A DNA stretch of 64,000 nucleotides from Coleofasciculus sp. B1-GNL1-01. Its GTDB lineage: Bacteria; Cyanobacteriota; Cyanobacteriia; Cyanobacteriales; Coleofasciculaceae. The translations under genes were made by a program, and so were the position numbers. The notes beneath the pieces were generated by a model. It was given only the letters and a program-made list of their open reading frames with translations. It was not told the origin of the DNA and did no database searches. Positions 59,501 through 64,000 of this stretch are shown one piece after another; positions within the stretch are counted from its first letter, which is position 1; each line of letters begins with the position of its first letter. Where the stretch lies: the NCBI GenBank assembly GCA_040220235.1, contig JAVJTO010000095.1; one strand, written 5' to 3'.

Positions 59501-61584
59501 ACAGCCGCTTCAATCCCGTCATAGATACTGCGTAAAAAGACTTCTCGTTCTCTGAGGGATTCCTCGGCTTGCTTGCGTTCGGTGATATCCTGAACGACAA
59601 CCATACCCGCTATAATTTCTCCAGCATCATTTTGCACTGCCCGAGTTTGTACCAGATGAATGCAATTGAGATAGGGAATTTCCAGGGTTTGTTCTATCCC
59701 CGCCAAAGCATCACGATACAGCGGTTCAACCAGCGCACATTCTGGTTCGGATAAAGCCTCCCAAATTGTTTGTCCTTCTAATAGATTCCGACTATATCCT
59801 GAACCTGACTTGCCTAAACTTTGACCATCGGCAACTAAATAACGTAAATTATGATCAAACAAAAAAATTGCCCCATTAGGAAAATGTTTTGCCATGGTAC
59901 GATACAGTTGTTCGCTGTTGCGTAATTCAACTTCTGCTTGCTTGCGATCGCTGATATCAATTGCCGTACCAATTACCTGCTTGACTGTACCCTCTGGAGT
60001 TCGGGCGAATACCGTTTCTCGACCAAATAAGGTATGCCATTTCCCGTGGATATCCTGCATCCGGTACTCTATCTCTAAAATTTCTCCATCCGCCGCCGTC
60101 GCCAGCTTTTGTAACTGTTCTGAGACGATAGTGACATCATCGGGGTGCAACAAGCCGGAGATAAAATTATCGCCCATGGCTTGAATTTCTGCGGGTGTAT
60201 AACCCAGAATTGTGGTAATTTCTTGGTTGCTGTAGATATTCCGATTTTCAATCAGATCATAAATATATAAGCAATAGGGTGAAGCCGCTGCAATTTGTTC
60301 AATAAAATGTTTACTTTGGCGCAGTTGTTCCTCGGCTTGTTTTTGAGCGCTACTATCAATACTTACACCCACATAGCCGATGGGATTTCCTTGGTGATCT
60401 CGAATTAGGGTATTGGTGGCATAAACGGGGAAGGTGCTACCATCTTGGCGTTGAACAGTAAATTCTCCCTGCCAACAGCCGTTTGCTTGAACGCTGGCTA
60501 AAATGTCCTGGGCTAGGACTTTATCTTGGGGGAGTACGGTAACATTAAGAATGGATTGACCGAGTATGGTTTCGGGATTGAGTTGATATAAACGCTGAGC
60601 AAATTGATTGGTGTAGATAATGGTTCCAGCTAAATCGGTGGCAATCACAGCGTTATTGACTTGATCCAGTAGAGAGGCTTGAAAAGCAATTTGGGCTTCC
60701 GCTTGTTTGCGATCGCTAATATCGCGGACGATGGAAAGGATCTCCTGGTTACAACAGGGAACAATACGGGCTTCATAATCCCGCCATTGATTCTCGATCT
60801 GGAGTTGATAGTCGAGTTGTTGCACCTCACCCGATACCAAGCTTTCCTGATAAGCCGCCCTAATTTTCTGGGCTAAGTCTGGGGGTAAAACCTCTTCTAG
60901 TTTTTTGCCTAAAAAATCCTGGGCTGGGGCGAATGTGGGGATAGTCGGCGCGGGTTTAAAATCGATAAACGTACCATCCGCCTGGGAACAGAAAATCATA
61001 TCCGGAATCGCCGCCAGTAGCGCCTGATTTCGGGCTTGGCTATGGCGTAATTCTTCGGTTTGTTCCGCCACCTGTTGCTCTAATTTCTGATGATAATCGG
61101 CTGAAATCCGCTCAGGCGGCTGACGTTCACTGATATCAACAAACGCCGCGATCGCATGAGTCAGATTTCCCTGACAATCATAGATAGGGGCACCCCAAGC
61201 TTCGACGGGAATTGTGCGATCGGGGCGACGGATTTCCATATCATCAACCCGTACCCGTTTTCCTTGTAACGCTTGCCATAGGGGATGGCGATTCTGGGGA
61301 TACAATTCATCGGTTCCCGCCCGATAAATCCGATAGGTTTCAATGAATTGATCCGCCGTCACTGATTCAACCCCTCCTTGACCCAAAATTTGCTCACCGA
61401 TTTGATTTACATAGTCAGGTTTCCCATCAGCTTCTAACACAAAAATTCCCACAGGTACAGCATCAAGAAGCTGTTTGAGGCGATGTTCCCTCTCTTGGAG
61501 TTGGGCAATTAATACGGCTTGGTCTCGATTGGCTTGGTTGAATCCCTGATTCATTTGATGCAGTTGCGCTGTTTTTTGAGTCAA
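56560..61584 (-). CDS. Multi-PAS (about 9) hybrid histidine kinase with REC domain and helical tail; start uncertain
   Basis: Repeated DIS/TERKQAE PAC ends; MSHELRSPL; NLLSNAVKF; ILIVDD, LMDLRMP and ITKPF. Confidence 0.92.
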   Translation of the reverse strand: MTQKTAQLHQMNQGFNQANRDQAVLIAQLQEREHRLKQLLDAVPVGIFVLEADGKPDYVNQIGEQILGQGGVESVTADQFIETYRIYRAGTDELYPQNRHPLWQALQGKRVRVDDMEIRRPDRTIPVEAWGAPIYDCQGNLTHAIAAFVDISERQPPERISADYHQKLEQQVAEQTEELRHSQARNQALLAAIPDMIFCSQADGTFIDFKPAPTIPTFAPAQDFLGKKLEEVLPPDLAQKIRAAYQESLVSGEVQQLDYQLQIENQWRDYEARIVPCCNQEILSIVRDISDRKQAEAQIAFQASLLDQVNNAVIATDLAGTIIYTNQFAQRLYQLNPETILGQSILNVTVLPQDKVLAQDILASVQANGCWQGEFTVQRQDGSTFPVYATNTLIRDHQGNPIGYVGVSIDSSAQKQAEEQLRQSKHFIEQIAAASPYCLYIYDLIENRNIYSNQEITTILGYTPAEIQAMGDNFISGLLHPDDVTIVSEQLQKLATAADGEILEIEYRMQDIHGKWHTLFGRETVFARTPEGTVKQVIGTAIDISDRKQAEVELRNSEQLYRTMAKHFPNGAIFLFDHNLRYLVADGQSLGKSGSGYSRNLLEGQTIWEALSEPECALVEPLYRDALAGIEQTLEIPYLNCIHLVQTRAVQNDAGEIIAGMVVVQDITERKQAEESLREREVFLRSIYDGIEAAVFIVDVLENGEFCYVSINPTHERMSGLLSSELSGKTPQEALTPETAQAVSQRYHACVAAGERMSYEECLQIQEQETWWITNLTPLRDSNSRIYRLIGTSFNISDRKQVEKTLQLQAAAMSAATDGIAIMNQQGEYVSLNQAYAQIFGYDSAAQLLGQNWQTLYDISEYQRLLAESIPLLLEQGYCRTEAQGLRRDGSTFPHEVSVTLLPGGERIGIVRDITERKQAEAALRESQHFVQRIAEASPNLLYIFDLNEQRNIYTNREIAVFLGYTTEQIQAMGANVLPTLIHPEDLARLPAYFQQVQNAADEEIFEIEYRVRDANGEWRTLLGRETPFARTADGRVTQLLGTATDITERQQMEAALQESEQRYELATRAAKVGVWEWNVETNEFYIDPTIQAILGYTETEIANNFNDWIILIHPDDQSTLLAATQAHLAGETSEYRVEHRIMHKDGSIRWIVVRGQAIRDVQGKGIRMIGTNTDITERKLAEIALQEAKEAADAANRAKSTFLANMSHELRSPLNAILGFAQLMSNSVTLPRQYQDNLRIIHHSGEHLLTLINQVLDLSKIEAGRITLNETTFNLHHLLREVEDMFRLKVNEKGLQLRFNWAADVPPTIQTDEIKLRQVLINLLSNAVKFTSTGSVVMNVAQQRTNDDGRMTLYFEIKDTGCGIAADELESIFEAFVQSQSGVQSQSGTGLGLPITRKFIQLMGGEITVESQVSQGTTFTFDIQAKETQVTSSTPQTTSRRVIALAPNQPHYRILIVDDQGENRQLLMQLLNPLGFELQEASNGEEAIEIWQNWQPDLILMDLRMPRMDGYAVTQHIRQCRDAPWRVSTSPIIIALSASVIEEERLKALEVGCADFITKPFHESDLLAAITQHLGVSFIYDELEETPAPPETITLTSDDLAILPTDWLSSFYQATLEGDFEEMLSLIRQIQDQDKILAKTLTDLAHDFQFERLLDITEPWISRESELCNNNEM
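56995..57024. repeat. Perfect 30-bp REP palindrome inside the kinase CDS
   Basis: TGTAGAGACGCGCCATGGCGCGTCTCTACA; intergenic copies at 1661-1688 and 32657-32681. Confidence 0.95.
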
Positions 61585-61613
61585 TTCTTGGTCTTGATTA
61601 TAGCGCTTCCTTC

Positions 61614-61646
61614 AGATCCCCGGCTTCTTAAAGAAGTCGGGGATCT
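61614..61646. repeat. Palindromic dispersed repeat / possible terminator
   Basis: AGATCCCCGGCTTCTTAAAGAAGTCGGGGATCT. Confidence 0.7.
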
Positions 61647-61663
61647 CGTCTTCAAGTTTAATC

Positions 61664-62722
61664 CTATTTTTGTTTTTTGTCTAACCCCATTTTCCGGGCT
61701 GCATCATGGTAGGTTTTCAACGCTTTAGCCCCTACATTACCGGACTGTTTTTGCTTCGGTGATTTTTTTGAACCCTCTGAATCTGAATCGCCTGTCGCTT
61801 CTTTCAGGGCTTCGGTATGAGCAATTCCTTGTTTTGCCCGATCTGCTTCAGTCAGTTGAATCGCATGTTTATCGGGAACAATGTTTGAGCCAAACTTACT
61901 GGCATAAACTTGGGTAAATTCTGCGCCGATAAACAGAATTTGAGCTGAATAGTAAACCCAAGCCAGAAAAATCACTAATGACCCCGCCGCGCCGTATGTT
62001 GAGGCAAAACTCCCCCGCCCTAAATACATGCCAATTAAAGTTTTACCAATGGTAAAAAGTATGGCAGTAATACTCGCCCCAATCCAGACATCACTCCAGC
62101 TAATTTTAACATCTGGAAGGAACTTGTACATCATCGCAAATAATAGCGTAATTACGCCCAGGGAAAGCACCCAATTTAACAGTGACCAGAGGAATCCTAC
62201 TCCAAAAAGTAGATCACTGGCATAATTACTCAACGCCGATAACGCTGCACTGACAATCAGAGACACTAAGAGTAAAAAGCCAATCCCCAGCACAACCGAA
62301 AAGGACAGTAACCGTTTCTGTAAAAAACCTTTAACGGGTCGTCCTGGTTTGGGTTGTACTCCCCAAACGGTATTCAAAGCGTCTTGCAGTTGAGCGAAGA
62401 CTCCCGATGCACCAAACAGCAGTACAATGATACTGATAATTGAGGCAATATTGCTAATATTTGGTCGATTGGCATTTTGAATCGCCGTTTCAATCACCTT
62501 AGCCCCCTCAGTACCTACCAGCCCTTGAATTTGCTCGACAATCTCCCCTCGTGCGGCTTCCGGACCAAAAATTGAACCCGCGATCGCGATCGCGATAATC
62601 AACAACGGTGCGAGGGAAAACACCGTGTAATAGGCTAAGGCGGCGGCTAACCGTGACGCTTTATCCTCTTGCCATTCTTGAATCGTTTCCTTAAATAGTT
62701 CTCCAACAACCTTAAAATTCAT
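61664..62722 (-). CDS. YihY / virulence factor BrkB family membrane protein
   Basis: WQEDKASRLAAALAYY..FSLAP, LQDALN.VW and YGAAGS....L.WVYYSAQI..GAE. Confidence 0.93.
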   Translation of the reverse strand: MNFKVVGELFKETIQEWQEDKASRLAAALAYYTVFSLAPLLIIAIAIAGSIFGPEAARGEIVEQIQGLVGTEGAKVIETAIQNANRPNISNIASIISIIVLLFGASGVFAQLQDALNTVWGVQPKPGRPVKGFLQKRLLSFSVVLGIGFLLLVSLIVSAALSALSNYASDLLFGVGFLWSLLNWVLSLGVITLLFAMMYKFLPDVKISWSDVWIGASITAILFTIGKTLIGMYLGRGSFASTYGAAGSLVIFLAWVYYSAQILFIGAEFTQVYASKFGSNIVPDKHAIQLTEADRAKQGIAHTEALKEATGDSDSEGSKKSPKQKQSGNVGAKALKTYHDAARKMGLDKKQK

Positions 62723-62878
62723 CACCAACCACTCCACGCAGGATTTTCGATATCATATTGTTTTCACCATTTATAAAATTTCACGAGTTTCAGCGCAACC
62801 CTCTAAAGTTAGAAGTTTAGCCTTATACTAGATGCCATCCTCCCTCTCTTCTCACATTCCCAATCGCCCTGCTCAATC

Positions 62879-64000
62879 ATGGATTTCAGTCAAGAGTTAC
62901 TCAAGAAACTAGACTCTATCGTCAACAACTGGGTGGAAGTCGTTCGCCAAGATGGGGAACTGGAGAGTAGCCGTGAACTCACCTATAAGGCGGTGCTAGA
63001 TGGTTTACCCTCAGTGCTGCGGGCGATCGCCAAAATCCTGTCTGACTCAGAAAACGGCGCACATCAAACAATTGTCGAGAAAAGTTTAGAACATGGGATA
63101 ATCCGAGCCAAACAAGGCTACGATCCCAGCGAAGTTGCCCGAGAATATCGAATTCTGCGCCAGATTATCTTTGCTCATTTAGAATCAGATCTATTGCAAG
63201 GTTCAACCGCTCAGATTTTGCAAGCCACCCGGCTCATTGATATGGCACTCGATGAAGTGATTGGTCGTTGTTTCAACAGTTATACTGAAGAACGATTACA
63301 GGAGTTAGAAAAACTGCAAAGTCAAGTCAACCTCACCAATCACGAACTGACCCGCTTAGTGGACACTCATCGAGATAATTTAGCCCATTTAGCCCATGAT
63401 TTGAAAAATCCGCTACAGTCAATTCTCCTATCCTCTGATCTATTTCTACGTCAACACAACACCCAAGACACTGTTATCAGTCTGGATCACATTGAGCGGG
63501 TACTCAGAAATGGGCGACAAATTTTACACCTGATCAACGATGCTTTAGAAGTCTCTCGTCATGAGGCGGGACAGGTAACATTGCAGCCAGAGGTAATTGA
63601 TGTCTGCACGTTGATCGACAATGTGGTCGATACGTTAACACCCTCAGCCAGTGAAAAAGACCTGACAATAACCGTAGATTACGAACTAGCGCCGAGGCAA
63701 GTCACGACTGATCCCTTGCGACTCGAACAGATTATCACCAATTTGGTCAGTAATGCGATTCGTTACACGGAAACAGGAAGCATTACCATCACCTGCCTAG
63801 TTGAGTGTAATAATCAACCTAATCAAAATGATCATTTTGAGCATTTTGTGATTGTGATTACCGATACCGGGATTGGTATTGCTCCAGAAGACCAAGCTAA
63901 AATTTTTGACCCGTATTTTCGCGGCGGTTCCCGTGCTAAACGTTTACCGGATAGTACCGGATTGGGGCTGGCGATTGTTGGGCGGCTGGTGCAACTTTTG
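62879..64000 (+). CDS. Histidine kinase with RsbRD-N-like N-terminal domain (runs off the window; absent from the ORF track)
   Basis: My translation from the ATG at 62879: MDFSQELLKK..W...EHG..RA.QGY...EVAREY..LR; LAHDLKNPL; NLVSNAIRY; DTGIGI; STGLGLAIV. Confidence 0.9.
   Translation, partial: MDFSQELLKKLDSIVNNWVEVVRQDGELESSRELTYKAVLDGLPSVLRAIAKILSDSENGAHQTIVEKSLEHGIIRAKQGYDPSEVAREYRILRQIIFAHLESDLLQGSTAQILQATRLIDMALDEVIGRCFNSYTEERLQELEKLQSQVNLTNHELTRLVDTHRDNLAHLAHDLKNPLQSILLSSDLFLRQHNTQDTVISLDHIERVLRNGRQILHLINDALEVSRHEAGQVTLQPEVIDVCTLIDNVVDTLTPSASEKDLTITVDYELAPRQVTTDPLRLEQIITNLVSNAIRYTETGSITITCLVECNNQPNQNDHFEHFVIVITDTGIGIAPEDQAKIFDPYFRGGSRAKRLPDSTGLGLAIVGRLVQLL

Noticed and set aside
755..62225. 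The many short antisense or alternate-frame ORFs in the track
   Set aside because: They lie within well-supported genes and show no independent coding signal.

Overview
Chromosomal window from a filamentous cyanobacterium. The frequent HIP1 octamer GCGATCGC, heptameric STRR runs and GTAG-type REP palindromes suggest a Coleofasciculus/Microcoleus-like genome; this assignment is an inference. Core genes are ndhM, cdsA, cbiT, an Orn/Lys/Arg decarboxylase, rpsD, moaA, acsA, the fbp-tal-zwf-opcA operon, cobB and ndhD. Signalling genes are abundant: six histidine-kinase-type proteins, a Ser/Thr kinase and a PP2C phosphatase. The most interesting candidate systems are: (i) a PP2C / CHAT-FHA caspase-like protease / PatU3-like trio with a nucleotidyltransferase gene between the first two; (ii) an Rpn-like gene with a probable internal antitoxin start, directly upstream of a TPR-CHAT protease whose near-identical 120-bp repeats vary at fixed positions; (iii) a translationally coupled P-loop ATPase plus STAND-WD40 pair; (iv) a CBS-HisKA protein lacking the catalytic domain, inside a kinase cluster. 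At 39.5-42.7 kb a rearrangement scar joins fragments of three genes (CDF transporter, SpoIIAA-like protein, ferrochelatase) through an IS5 pseudo-element and a MITE. Intergenic DNA carries nested MITEs, REPs and very small repeats, one REP lies in frame inside a receiver domain, and the first ~140 nt resemble an orphan TnpB 3' end/omegaRNA. I found no CRISPR array, tRNA or rRNA. All family calls come from reading motifs; no database search was run.
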